This document shows, piece by piece, positions 8,651 to 17,273 of a stretch of 32,000 bases of DNA (its first letter is position 1; each line of letters starts with the position of its first letter). The notes under the pieces were generated by a model that saw only the letters and a program-made list of their open reading frames with translations, was not told the origin of the DNA and ran no database searches. This DNA is from Chlamydiota bacterium. GTDB lineage: Bacteria; Auribacterota; JACPWU01. Location of the stretch: assembly GCA_016196885.1 (NCBI GenBank), contig JACPWU010000063.1:1-32000 (forward strand), in the 5' to 3' direction. Position numbers and translations under genes: made by a program.

Positions 8651-8721
8651 CAGTTTTGAGTTTTAAGTTCTTAGTTTTAAGTTTTTGTAATTCAAAACTA
8701 AAAATTCAAAGTTTAAAACTG
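8651..8721. repeat. tandem-array hairpin (GTTTTGA/GTTTTAA units) between nuoB and nuoC
   Basis: cagttttgagttttaagttcttagttttaag pairs with cttaaa...aaaactg-type arm (cagtttt 8651-8657 with aaaactg 8715-8721). Imperfect stem of about 30 bp. Confidence 0.8.
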
Positions 8722-8732
8722 TTTTTGAAAAT

Positions 8733-9215
8733 ATGGACATCTTAAATCAATTAAAATCCAAATTCTCAGAATATGTGATCGAGACCCACTCCCAATGTGG
8801 TGATGCGACCCTTGTGATCAAAAAAGAGGGTGTGATACCCCTTTTTTCTTATCTCAAAACATCGCCTGAATTAGATTTTAATTTTCTAATGGATTTAACG
8901 GCGGTGGATTACTTGGGGCGAGAGGGTTCACGCTTTGAGGTGGTGTATCATCTTTATTCTTTGTCAAAGAATCATTGCTTGAGAGTGAAGGTGGACGTGG
9001 GTGAAGAAGATTCTTCTCTTGATTCTGTGAGTTCTTTATGGCCTGCTGCGAATTGGTATGAGCGAGAGGTGTGGGACATGTTTGGGATTAAGTTCAAGGG
9101 GCATCCCGATCTGAAAAGGATTTTGATGTACGAAGAATTTCAAGGGCACCCTCTTCGTAAAGATTATCCGGTCAATCGGCGCCAACCCCTTGTAAAACCT
9201 GTTCCGATGAACTGA
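8733..9215 (+). CDS. nuoC: NADH-quinone oxidoreductase subunit C
   Basis: AANWYEREVWDMFGIKFKGHPDLKRILM is the 30-kDa subunit signature. Confidence 0.93.
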   Translation: MDILNQLKSKFSEYVIETHSQCGDATLVIKKEGVIPLFSYLKTSPELDFNFLMDLTAVDYLGREGSRFEVVYHLYSLSKNHCLRVKVDVGEEDSSLDSVSSLWPAANWYEREVWDMFGIKFKGHPDLKRILMYEEFQGHPLRKDYPVNRRQPLVKPVPMN

Positions 9216-9228
9216 CTTGTAATTCTCT

Positions 9229-10575
9229 ATGCAAACACAAGAAAAAGAAAAACAGACAGAAACACGTCACATGCTTTTAAATGTGGGCCCGAGTCATCCG
9301 GCCATGCATGGCGTGATTCGATTTATTTTTGAGTTGGATGGAGAGACGATTGTCAGTGCGGATACAGAAATTGGATATCTCCATCGGGGTTTCGAAAAGA
9401 TGTGCGAGGTGGGCCCGTACAATCAGGCCATTCCTTATACGGATCGCCTCAATTATGTCTCTCCTTTAATCAATAATTTTGCCTATTGCCTGGCAGTGGA
9501 AAAATTGATGGGGCTTAAAGTGACAGAGCGCTGTCAATACATTCGCGTGATCATGAGCGAGATTTCACGTGTGACGGATCATCTCACCTGCATTGGGGCC
9601 ACCGCAATGGAGTTGGGGGCGTTCACGGCTTTTTTATACATGATGAAGGCCCGAGAATTTTTATACGAATTGGTGGAGCAGGTGACGGGTGCTCGCCTGA
9701 CTGTTTCTTACGGACGGGTGGGAGGTGTGAAGGCGGATTTACCGGAAGGCTTTGCGGACCAGACGCGGCAGGTTTTGAAAGAAGTTCGAAAGGTTTTAAA
9801 AGAGGTAGATAAACTTCTCTCCCGAAATCGGATTTTTGTGGATCGGGTGAAAGGGGTAGGTGTGATTTCGAAAGAAGACGCAATCGCTTATGGGATCACC
9901 GGCCCTTTTTTGCGTTCGACGGGGGTGAATTACGATGTCCGTAAGGCCCAACCTTATTTGATTTATGATCGCTTGAAATTTGAAATTCCTCTGGGAACAA
10001 ATGGAGACAATCTAGACCGTTATTATGTTCGAATGGAAGAAATGGAACAGAGCATGATCATGATCGAACAAGCCTTGGATCAAATTCCACCAGGGGTTGT
10101 GAGGATCCATGAGCAAGGGGAGCCGATGGTGGCTGCCCAAATGGTGGACGAGGCTAAAATGGGGCGCATTGCGGGAATTGCCCAGCGGAATGTTTTATTG
10201 GATCCAACACTTCAGGGGAGTACAAAGGGATTTCATGAGAAGGTGAATGTGGAGGACAAAAAAACAGTTCTTCCTCCGAAAGAGGCGACGTATGGCAATA
10301 TCGAGGGGCTCATGAATCATTTTAAATGGGTGATGTTCGGACATGGGATTCGTCCTCCCAAGGGGGAGGTTTATTTTCCTGTGGAAGGGGCCAATGGCGA
10401 GCTTGGTTTTTACATTGTGAGTGATGGAACGGAGCGGCCTTATCGGGTGCGGGTGCGGCCCCCTTGCTTTCCCATTATGGCAGCCATTGGAAAAGTATTG
10501 GAAGGGGGCATGATGGCCGACGTGGTCCCTACTTTTGGGTCTGTGAATATGATTGCAGGGGAGCTTGATCGATAA
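9229..10575 (+). CDS. nuoD: NADH-quinone oxidoreductase subunit D (with lineage-specific insertion)
   Basis: LNVGPSHPAMHGVIR, GYLHRGFEK, and C-terminal MIAGELDR. At 448 aa it is longer than typical because of an insert between PPGVV and LPPKE. Confidence 0.93.
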   Translation: MQTQEKEKQTETRHMLLNVGPSHPAMHGVIRFIFELDGETIVSADTEIGYLHRGFEKMCEVGPYNQAIPYTDRLNYVSPLINNFAYCLAVEKLMGLKVTERCQYIRVIMSEISRVTDHLTCIGATAMELGAFTAFLYMMKAREFLYELVEQVTGARLTVSYGRVGGVKADLPEGFADQTRQVLKEVRKVLKEVDKLLSRNRIFVDRVKGVGVISKEDAIAYGITGPFLRSTGVNYDVRKAQPYLIYDRLKFEIPLGTNGDNLDRYYVRMEEMEQSMIMIEQALDQIPPGVVRIHEQGEPMVAAQMVDEAKMGRIAGIAQRNVLLDPTLQGSTKGFHEKVNVEDKKTVLPPKEATYGNIEGLMNHFKWVMFGHGIRPPKGEVYFPVEGANGELGFYIVSDGTERPYRVRVRPPCFPIMAAIGKVLEGGMMADVVPTFGSVNMIAGELDR

Positions 10576-10607
10576 GTTCAAAGGTTTAAAAGTTCAAAGG
10601 TTCAAAG
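10576..10607. repeat. tandem octamer array (GTTCAAAG x4) filling the nuoD-nuoE spacer
   Basis: gttcaaag gtttaaaa gttcaaag gttcaaag lies directly between the nuoD stop and the nuoE RBS/ATG. No complementary arm. Confidence 0.85.
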
Positions 10608-10611
10608 GACT

Positions 10612-11100
10612 ATGCAAGCTAAATTTCAGATGTCTTCAGAGTTGAAAACAGAACTAGATAAGATTGTCTCCCAATACGAGACAAAACAAGCCGCACTTTT
10701 GCCTGTGTTGAATTTGGCACAAGAAAAATATGGCTCTATTTCTCCGGAGATTGAAAGCTGGGTCGCAGACTATTTGCAACTTCCGTTGATGAAAGTGAGA
10801 GAAGTGGTGAGTTTTTATACCCTTTTTCATGCCGAGCAAAAAGGAAAACATCATTTTCAGATGTGTCGCAACATGAGCTGTATGTTGAGAGGTTGTGAGG
10901 AAATGATAGAATATTTAAAAGAGCGGCTGAAACTGGAAGACGGTCAAACCTCTCAAGACCGTTGCTTCAGCCTTTCAACGGTGGAATGCCTCGCTGCTTG
11001 TGAAATGGCTCCGATGATGCAATTGAACGATCGTTATGTGGGGCCTTTGACGAAAGAAAGTATAGACCAGATTTTGAAGGAAATTGAAATTAATAATTAG
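10612..11100 (+). CDS. nuoE: NADH-quinone oxidoreductase subunit E
   Basis: 24-kDa subunit 2Fe-2S motifs CRNMSCMLRGC and VECLAACEMAPMM. Confidence 0.92.
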   Translation: MQAKFQMSSELKTELDKIVSQYETKQAALLPVLNLAQEKYGSISPEIESWVADYLQLPLMKVREVVSFYTLFHAEQKGKHHFQMCRNMSCMLRGCEEMIEYLKERLKLEDGQTSQDRCFSLSTVECLAACEMAPMMQLNDRYVGPLTKESIDQILKEIEINN

Positions 11101-11248
11101 AGCAGGCGGGTCCTGCCCCTCCTCACCCCCACCGATGGCATCGGTGTCGGGTAAGTCGGGAATGGAATGTAATATGCTGGACTCCACCTGCTGGCAGTCG
11201 GTGGGGGACCCCCAGTCGGGTCACCCGCTTTGTGAGCTCTAAGGAGTT
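11101..11248 (+). other. GC-rich structured spacer between nuoE and nuoF (possible structured RNA or degenerate repeat)
   Basis: 10-bp perfect pairing cccccaccga (11126-11135) with tcggtggggg (11198-11207). A competing local hairpin caccgat-ggc-atcggtg lies at 11130-11146. gcgggt (11106-11111) pairs with acccgc (11223-11228). (a)gtcgg(g) occurs four times. Composition contrasts with the A/T-rich spacers elsewhere. Confidence 0.5.
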
Positions 11249-11251
11249 GTG

Positions 11252-12544
11252 ATGAAATCCTATCCCAAAATTCTTTCAAAAAATTTTGAGGTTCCTCATG
11301 CCCAACACATAGGGGTCTATCTCTCTGGCGGTGGTTACGAGGCGGCTCGGAAGGTCTATACTTCTTGGAAGCCAGAGCAGTTGATTGAGGAAGTCAAAAA
11401 ATCTAATTTGCGAGGATTGGGCGGGGCTGGTTTTTCGACGGGGATGAAATGGGCTTTTATACCGAAAGATTCAACGCGGCCGCATTATGTGGTGGTGAAT
11501 GCGGATGAGGGAGAGCCGGGGACTTTTAAAGACCGCTATATTTTGTGCAAGGATCCGCACGCCCTTGTCGAAGGAATTCTCATCGCCTGCTTTGCCGTTG
11601 GGTCCCATAAAGCTTTCGTTTACATTCGAGGGGAATATGTGGAGCCCATTCGTATTTTTAGAGAGGCCGTGCGAGAAGCCCATGAAAAGGGTTTTTTGGG
11701 AAAAAATGTTTTTGGCACAGGTTACGAGGTTGAAATTGTGATTCATCAGGGGGCGGGTGCTTATATTTGTGGAGAGGAGACGGCGCTTCTAGAATCTCTT
11801 GAGGGAAAAAAAGGATTTCCTCGTCTGAAGCCTCCCTTTCCAGCAGTTAAAGGTGTTTTCGGATGCCCCACCGTTATCAATAATGTAGAGACTTTGGCCT
11901 GTTTGCCTCCTATTGTAAATCTCGGGGCCGAGTGGTTTGCCAAATTAGGGTGCGAGAAAAATGGGGGGACGCGGCTTTACAGTGTCAGTGGCCATGTGAA
12001 TCGTCCGGGCCTTTATGAATTGCCTTTGGGAACACCTTTGCGGGAAATCATTGAGGAACATGCAGGGGGTGTTTGGAAGGGACGTCAGCTCAAGGCAGTG
12101 ATTCCGGGTGGAATTTCTGCTTCTATTTTGAGGTCGGATGAAGTTGACATCAAAATGGATTTTAATTCACTGGCCCGAGTTGGTTCCATGCTGGGTTCGG
12201 CGGGTGTGGTGGTGATGGACGAGACCACATGCATGGTCACAACCCTTTTGGTGGCGGCTCGTTTTTTTGCCCATGAATCTTGCGGCCAGTGCAGTCCCTG
12301 TCGAGAGGGGACAGGCTGGGTTCTGAAAATGATCGAGAGAATTTATGAGGGCCACGGGAGGTCTCAAGACTTGGATAATTTATTAGACATTGGAAAAAAC
12401 ATGATGGGTAACACCATCTGTGCCTTTGGGGATGCGGCGCCGACTCCGGTGATCAGTTATATCACGAAGTTTAGAGCAGAATTTGAGTATCATGTGCGGC
12501 ATGGGAAGTGTGATTTAGAGGACAGAAGTCAGAAGTCAGAATAA
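11252..12544 (+). CDS. nuoF: NADH-quinone oxidoreductase subunit F
   Basis: GLGGAGFSTGMKW (FMN/NADH site) and ESCGQCSPCREG (N3 cluster). AAGGAG RBS at 11241-11246. A GTG at 11249 is also possible. Confidence 0.93.
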   Translation: MKSYPKILSKNFEVPHAQHIGVYLSGGGYEAARKVYTSWKPEQLIEEVKKSNLRGLGGAGFSTGMKWAFIPKDSTRPHYVVVNADEGEPGTFKDRYILCKDPHALVEGILIACFAVGSHKAFVYIRGEYVEPIRIFREAVREAHEKGFLGKNVFGTGYEVEIVIHQGAGAYICGEETALLESLEGKKGFPRLKPPFPAVKGVFGCPTVINNVETLACLPPIVNLGAEWFAKLGCEKNGGTRLYSVSGHVNRPGLYELPLGTPLREIIEEHAGGVWKGRQLKAVIPGGISASILRSDEVDIKMDFNSLARVGSMLGSAGVVVMDETTCMVTTLLVAARFFAHESCGQCSPCREGTGWVLKMIERIYEGHGRSQDLDNLLDIGKNMMGNTICAFGDAAPTPVISYITKFRAEFEYHVRHGKCDLEDRSQKSE

Positions 12545-12595
12545 AAAAATAAATAACATCCCTATTATTCTGAATTCTGTCTTCTGTATTCTGAG
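12517..12595. repeat. heptamer-array hairpin (CAGAAGT units) overlapping the nuoF 3' end
   Basis: cagaagtcagaagtcagaat pairs with attctgaattctgtcttctg. About 25 bp with 3 mismatches. 24-nt A-rich loop at 12543-12566. Confidence 0.85.
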
Positions 12596-12613
12596 TAACG
12601 AAAGTGATTTTGT

Positions 12614-14092
12614 ATGCCAATATTAAAAATTGATGGAAAAGACATAGAAGTTCCAGTCGGAACTTCTATCATTGAAGCGGCAAAAAAGGCCGGCATCGAA
12701 ATCCCTCATTATTGTTATCACCCTGGGCTTTCCGTTGCTGGAAATTGCCGTATGTGTTTGGTCGAAGTTGAGAAATTTCCCAAGCTTCAAATTTCTTGCT
12801 ATACGCCTGTGACTGAGGGCATGGTTGTTCACACGCAAAGTGAAAGGGTGAAGGACGCGCAGCAAGCCGTTCTCGAATTTCTCTTGGTCAATCATCCTCT
12901 CGATTGCCCCGTTTGCGATCAATCAGGTGAGTGCGAGCTTCAAAATTATTATATGAAATACGGTCTCTATGACAGCCGCCTCATGGAAGATAAGGTCAAG
13001 AAACACAAGGCCGTTTCTATTGGTCCAACTGTGATGCTAGACGGTGAGCGTTGTGTTCTATGTTCTCGTTGTGTGAGATTTTGTGATGAAGTCACGCATA
13101 CCCATGAAATGGGGATTGTGAATCGTGGAGATCGTGCGGAAATTGAAGTTGCCCCGGGTAAAGAGGTAGACAATGACTATTCAGGAAATGTGGTGGATAT
13201 TTGTCCTGTCGGGGCGCTTACAGACAAAGATTTTAGATTTAAATGTCGTGTTTGGTTTTTGGCCCAAACGCCTTCTGTATGCCCAGGCTGTAGTCGAGGT
13301 TGCAACATTGAAATTCATTGGAATAAAGAGAGACCTTATCAAACTCCGGGAGAGAGGGTCATGCGTTTGAAACCGCGTTTCAACGCAGACGTCAATAAAT
13401 TCTGGATTTGCGATGAAGGTCGTTACAATTACCATTGGATAGACCAGGGCCGGCTTTTGAAACCCATGCAAAAAAGGAGAGGTGTTCCCCATGAGGTTTC
13501 TTGGGAGGAGGCCTTCGGCACTTTGTCGGGTCTTTTTTTAAGACCTCAGGAAATGGGAGTGATTGTCTCCACCGATATGACGAATGGAGATCTTGCGATG
13601 GCCCAGCAGCTTTTTGTCAGCGAGCTCAAGGTTAAAAATGTTGCTTATCAATGGATAAGAAAATCGGGTAAAGAAGACGAGCTCCTGATGAAGGCGGATA
13701 AAACGCCGAACACCCGAGGAGCTCAAGCCTTAGGATTTGAAGACCGATCAGGAGAGATTTATGAACAAATCGAAAAAGGTCAAATTAAAATCCTTTTCCT
13801 TTTTGGGCATAACTTGATGGAAATTTTGGGAAAAGATCAGGCAGAAAAAATGAGGTCTCATCTCGAGACCTTGGTGATTCTTGGCCCTCATGCCCATGAG
13901 GGTATAAATTTGGCCGATTGGGCCTTGCCTTCGGCAGTTTACGCTGAAAAAAACGGAACTTTTACAAATTTTGAGGGAAGGGTGCAAAAAATTTCTAAAG
14001 CCTTTCCTCCTATGGGAATGGCTAAGTCTGAACGAGAAATTTTGAAAGAAATGGCCCGACAGGCTGGAATTCACATAAACTTGACCGTGTAG
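12614..14092 (+). CDS. nuoG: NADH-quinone oxidoreductase subunit G (short form, 492 aa)
   Basis: CYHPGLSVAGNCRMCLVEV, HPLDCPVCDQSGECELQ, CVLCSRCVRFC...CPVGALT and CPGCSRGCNI. The stop TAG (14090-14092) lies inside the REP-doublet repeat. Confidence 0.9.
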   Translation: MPILKIDGKDIEVPVGTSIIEAAKKAGIEIPHYCYHPGLSVAGNCRMCLVEVEKFPKLQISCYTPVTEGMVVHTQSERVKDAQQAVLEFLLVNHPLDCPVCDQSGECELQNYYMKYGLYDSRLMEDKVKKHKAVSIGPTVMLDGERCVLCSRCVRFCDEVTHTHEMGIVNRGDRAEIEVAPGKEVDNDYSGNVVDICPVGALTDKDFRFKCRVWFLAQTPSVCPGCSRGCNIEIHWNKERPYQTPGERVMRLKPRFNADVNKFWICDEGRYNYHWIDQGRLLKPMQKRRGVPHEVSWEEAFGTLSGLFLRPQEMGVIVSTDMTNGDLAMAQQLFVSELKVKNVAYQWIRKSGKEDELLMKADKTPNTRGAQALGFEDRSGEIYEQIEKGQIKILFLFGHNLMEILGKDQAEKMRSHLETLVILGPHAHEGINLADWALPSAVYAEKNGTFTNFEGRVQKISKAFPPMGMAKSEREILKEMARQAGIHINLTV

Positions 14093-14141
14093 TCGCCCGA
14101 TTTATCGGGCAAATCCATTGCCCCATAAATGGGGCGACTAC
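14089..14141. repeat. REPIN-like doublet (two inverted GTAG-headed palindromes), solo copy
   Basis: GTAGTC-GCCCGATTTATCGGGC-aaatccatt-GCCCCATAAATGGGGC-GACTAC. The same core sits in the centre of the two MITE copies. Confidence 0.85.
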
Positions 14142-14151
14142 AAATAAAAAC

Positions 14152-15228
14152 ATGTACTTCGACATTATCATAAAAATTATTTTAACAGGGGTCGTTTTAG
14201 GCGGTGCCCTCAACCTGGCGGGTTTACTCACCTGGGTGGAGCGTAAGCAGAGTGCCGTGATGCAGGATCGGATCGGGGCCAATCGAGCCTCTCTCTTTGG
14301 GCTGCGTATTTTGGGGCTTTTTCATCCCCTGGCGGACATGCTGAAGCTCATTCTCAAAGAGGATTTCACGCCTCGCTATGCCCATAAAATCTTGCATGCC
14401 CTGGCTCCTTTTGTGTCTGTCTTTTTTGCGTTAATTGCCTTTGCCGCGATTCCCATCGGCAATGATTTTGCCTGGCGCGGCCACGCAATCCATTTGCAGG
14501 TGGCCCATATCAATGTGGGGCTTCTTTATATTCTTTCCGTGATGTCCATGGGGGTTTACGGCGTCGTGCTGGCGGGCTTTGCTTCGAATAACAATTATTC
14601 TTTTTTAGGAGGCCTGAGGGCTTCTTCTCAAATGATTTCTTACGAGATCACCATGGGAGTTTCTATCATGGGAATCGTCATGATGGATGGCTCATTAAAT
14701 TTGCAAAATATTGTTCAGGCGCAGGGTCAGTATTGGCATCATCTACCGCTTTGGGGCATTTTTCTTCAGCCGGTGAGCTTTTTTCTTTTTTTGACAGCCG
14801 CCATGGCCGAAACCAAGCGAACCCCTTTTGATCTTCCCGAGGGAGAGTCTGAGATCATTGGATATTTTGTGGAGTACAGTGGAATGAAATTCGGCATGTT
14901 CTTTCTGACAGATTTTTTGGAGACAGTTCTGGCCTCGGCGCTTTTGACAACCCTTTTTTTAGGAGGTTGGCAAATCCCCTATCTTTTTCACGATGGCTTT
15001 CATTTCCCTTGGGGGACTGTATGGATCATGGCCCAACCCTGGGTCATTCTTTTAGGTGTGATTGCATTTAGCATCAAAGTGATTTTTTTCTGTTGGTTTT
15101 TAATGATGATTCGATGGACCTTACCCAGATTTCGTTATGACCAATTGATGAGACTGGGTTGGAAAATCATGTTGCCGATTTCATTAATCAATATTTTGGT
15201 GACAGGTTTAGTGATGGTGCTTTTATGA
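14152..15228 (+). CDS. nuoH: NADH-quinone oxidoreductase subunit H
   Basis: ND1-type motifs GLFHPLADMLKL and ETKRTPFDLPEGESE. Multiple TM helices. Confidence 0.93.
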   Translation: MYFDIIIKIILTGVVLGGALNLAGLLTWVERKQSAVMQDRIGANRASLFGLRILGLFHPLADMLKLILKEDFTPRYAHKILHALAPFVSVFFALIAFAAIPIGNDFAWRGHAIHLQVAHINVGLLYILSVMSMGVYGVVLAGFASNNNYSFLGGLRASSQMISYEITMGVSIMGIVMMDGSLNLQNIVQAQGQYWHHLPLWGIFLQPVSFFLFLTAAMAETKRTPFDLPEGESEIIGYFVEYSGMKFGMFFLTDFLETVLASALLTTLFLGGWQIPYLFHDGFHFPWGTVWIMAQPWVILLGVIAFSIKVIFFCWFLMMIRWTLPRFRYDQLMRLGWKIMLPISLINILVTGLVMVLL

Positions 15229-15737
15229 ATAGAAGTGAGTTAACTTTTATTGAACGCCTTTATATCTTCGAAGCCCTGAAGGGCATTCTCCTCACCTCTC
15301 GTCATTTTTTTTGGAATCTTTTTTTGCATACCACTCATCTTTTTGGCTTGTTAAAAAATAAAAGTGCAGCTGTGACTGTGCAATACCCTGATGAAATAAG
15401 GCCTTACGCGCCTCGTTTGAGAACACGTCATCACCTGGTTCCTCGAGCCGATGGAAGTCCTCGATGTGTAGCCTGCATGCTTTGTGAAACAGTATGCCCT
15501 GCCAAATGTATTTACATCATTGCAGGAGAGCATCCTGATCCCAACGTTGAAAAAGTGGCAAAGCGCTTTGATCTTGATTTAGGTAAATGTGTTTATTGCG
15601 GTTTTTGCGTGGAGGTGTGTCCTGAGGATGCGATTCGCATGGACACCCAAATCATGAATATAGCGGCGTACAGTCGGGAAGAAATGCTTTTGGATATCAA
15701 TGAACTTTTAAGACCGGGGAGCAGAAAGCAGTCGTGA
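15225..15737 (+). CDS. nuoI: NADH-quinone oxidoreductase subunit I
   Basis: Two 4Fe-4S ferredoxin motifs, CVACMLCETVCP and CVYCGFCVEVCP. The ATG at 15225 overlaps the nuoH stop (ATGA). Confidence 0.92.
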   Translation: MNRSELTFIERLYIFEALKGILLTSRHFFWNLFLHTTHLFGLLKNKSAAVTVQYPDEIRPYAPRLRTRHHLVPRADGSPRCVACMLCETVCPAKCIYIIAGEHPDPNVEKVAKRFDLDLGKCVYCGFCVEVCPEDAIRMDTQIMNIAAYSREEMLLDINELLRPGSRKQS

Positions 15738-15809
15738 GTCGTGAGGGGTGAGTCGTTAGTAAAAAATAATGCCTTTAGAACTCACGACCCACGACAGACG
15801 ACTCACGAC
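15729..15809. repeat. heptamer-array hairpin (GTCGTGA/GGGGTGA family) between convergent nuoI and murC
   Basis: gtcgtgagtcgtgaggggtgagtcgt faces ctcacgacccacgacagacgactcacgac. TGA at 15735, 15742 and 15749. Confidence 0.85.
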
Positions 15810-17182
15810 TATCTACATTTTTGAATTTTCCTAACTATCTGATGCGCCAGTTCTGTCAACGTATGATCTCTCGCTCCCATCACCACGATGTTGTCTCCCT
15901 TTTTAGCTTTTTTTCGCAGTATTTGAAGAAGTGTTTCACGATCTTGGCAAAAAAAAGTGGGGATTTTTTTCTTTTTTAGAACTTCCACAAAACTTTCTGA
16001 ACTGATGCTTCTATCTGCTGTTCCACCCGCATCATAAATGGGTAGGAGATAGAGTTGGTCTTGAGGGCGAATCATCTTTGAAAGAATCTCAATCAGTTCT
16101 TGCCATTGATGCTTTAAAGGGCCAAACCCATGTGGTTGATAGACAGCAATCACCCGATCACTTTTGTCTTGAAGGGCGTTTAACGTCGCTTCAATCTTGG
16201 CGGGGTTATGAGCAAAATCATCATACACTCGAATGTTGTTTGTCTTTCCAATCAATTCCAGTCTTCTTTCGACGCCTTGAAAGTTTTCAAGGCCCCTTTG
16301 AATGTGATGGATGGGAATCCCTATGATTTGGGCCGTGGCGATGGAGGCCAGGGCATTCATGATGTTGTGAACGCCCGGTATTTTTAAATGGTAAGGGGCT
16401 TCATCCACTTCAAAACGAGATCCTTCCTTCAATAAGCGAATGTGATCGGCCTTTGATTTTCCGAAATAAAAAGATTTTTCTTTGGGAAGAGATAAATTTT
16501 TTGTTTCAGGACAGTCTGAATTAATGACAATGGCTTTTCCCGTATGGAGGACGAGATGTTGAAAAAGATCATGGAGCTCTTTTAAGTCTTTATGGTCTTT
16601 GGAAATATTTGTGATCACAGAAATTTTAGGGCGATAATGAACGAGACTCCCGTCGCTTTCGTCTGCTTCTGCCAGAAGCCAAGGCCCTTTTCCAAAATGC
16701 CAATTGGAACTTTTTCCCTCCTCTGGAAAGTTTTTCACCTGGCCTCCGCATAGAAAGGAAAAATCCCAGCCTGCGGCTTTTAAAATGTGAGCCATCATGC
16801 CTGTCACGGTTGTTTTCCCGCTGGTTCCAGAAACAGCGATTCCCTCTTTTTGGTTAAAAATTTGGGCCAGCATTTCGGCTCGGGTGACCCGAGTGAACTT
16901 TTGCTTCTGGGCATGGACAAAATCAGGGTTGTCTGATTCAACGGCGCTTGAATAAATAACAGCCGTTAAATCTGAAGGCAAATGGGCTCCATCTTGGGGA
17001 ACCACAACGATTCCAGAGTTTTTGAATTGTTCTTGAAGCGATTCAGATTTCTTCTGATCAAAGGATCGGTCTGAGCCCATGACTTTATGCCCTTGGGCTC
17101 TTAGGAAATGAGCCAAAGAACTCATTCCTGTCCCTGCCATTCCAACGAAAAAATATTGAGACATAGGGGTGTATGGTAACAA
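15809..17182 (-). CDS. murC: Mur ligase, UDP-N-acetylmuramate--L-alanine ligase type (MurC; Mpl not excluded)
   Basis: FFVGMAGTGMSSLAHFLRAQGHKVMGSD N-terminal Rossmann segment and GTSGKTT P-loop. The track start is TTG at 17182; the ATG at 17164 (MSQYFF...) is equally plausible. Confidence 0.8.
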   Translation of the reverse strand: MLPYTPMSQYFFVGMAGTGMSSLAHFLRAQGHKVMGSDRSFDQKKSESLQEQFKNSGIVVVPQDGAHLPSDLTAVIYSSAVESDNPDFVHAQKQKFTRVTRAEMLAQIFNQKEGIAVSGTSGKTTVTGMMAHILKAAGWDFSFLCGGQVKNFPEEGKSSNWHFGKGPWLLAEADESDGSLVHYRPKISVITNISKDHKDLKELHDLFQHLVLHTGKAIVINSDCPETKNLSLPKEKSFYFGKSKADHIRLLKEGSRFEVDEAPYHLKIPGVHNIMNALASIATAQIIGIPIHHIQRGLENFQGVERRLELIGKTNNIRVYDDFAHNPAKIEATLNALQDKSDRVIAVYQPHGFGPLKHQWQELIEILSKMIRPQDQLYLLPIYDAGGTADRSISSESFVEVLKKKKIPTFFCQDRETLLQILRKKAKKGDNIVVMGARDHTLTELAHQIVRKIQKCR

Positions 17183-17273
17183 TTCAGCTTTCTTAATTCA
17201 AGTTGTCCTCTTTTTGTTGATTTTGAAGTCGGTGATAGATGCGTTTGAAAAAATTGTCAGTCGTATGTAGGGT

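Noticed and set aside
11135-11242. 35-codon ORF (MASVSGKSGMECNMLDSTCWQSVGDPQSGHPLCEL) inside the nuoE-nuoF spacer, ending on the nuoF RBS
   Set aside because: It has no Shine-Dalgarno and a GC-rich codon composition unlike neighbouring genes. The sequence is better explained by the RNA pairings. It cannot be supported without conservation or Ribo-seq data.
685-15224. Longer N-terminal extensions offered by the ORF track (685 for the membrane protein, 7753 nuoA, 8117 nuoB, 15159 nuoI, 7819 for the Cys-rich protein)
   Set aside because: The extensions overlap the preceding gene or the promoter and lack family-typical sequence. Internal ATGs sit right after an RBS or in ATGA stop-start overlaps and give canonical N-termini.
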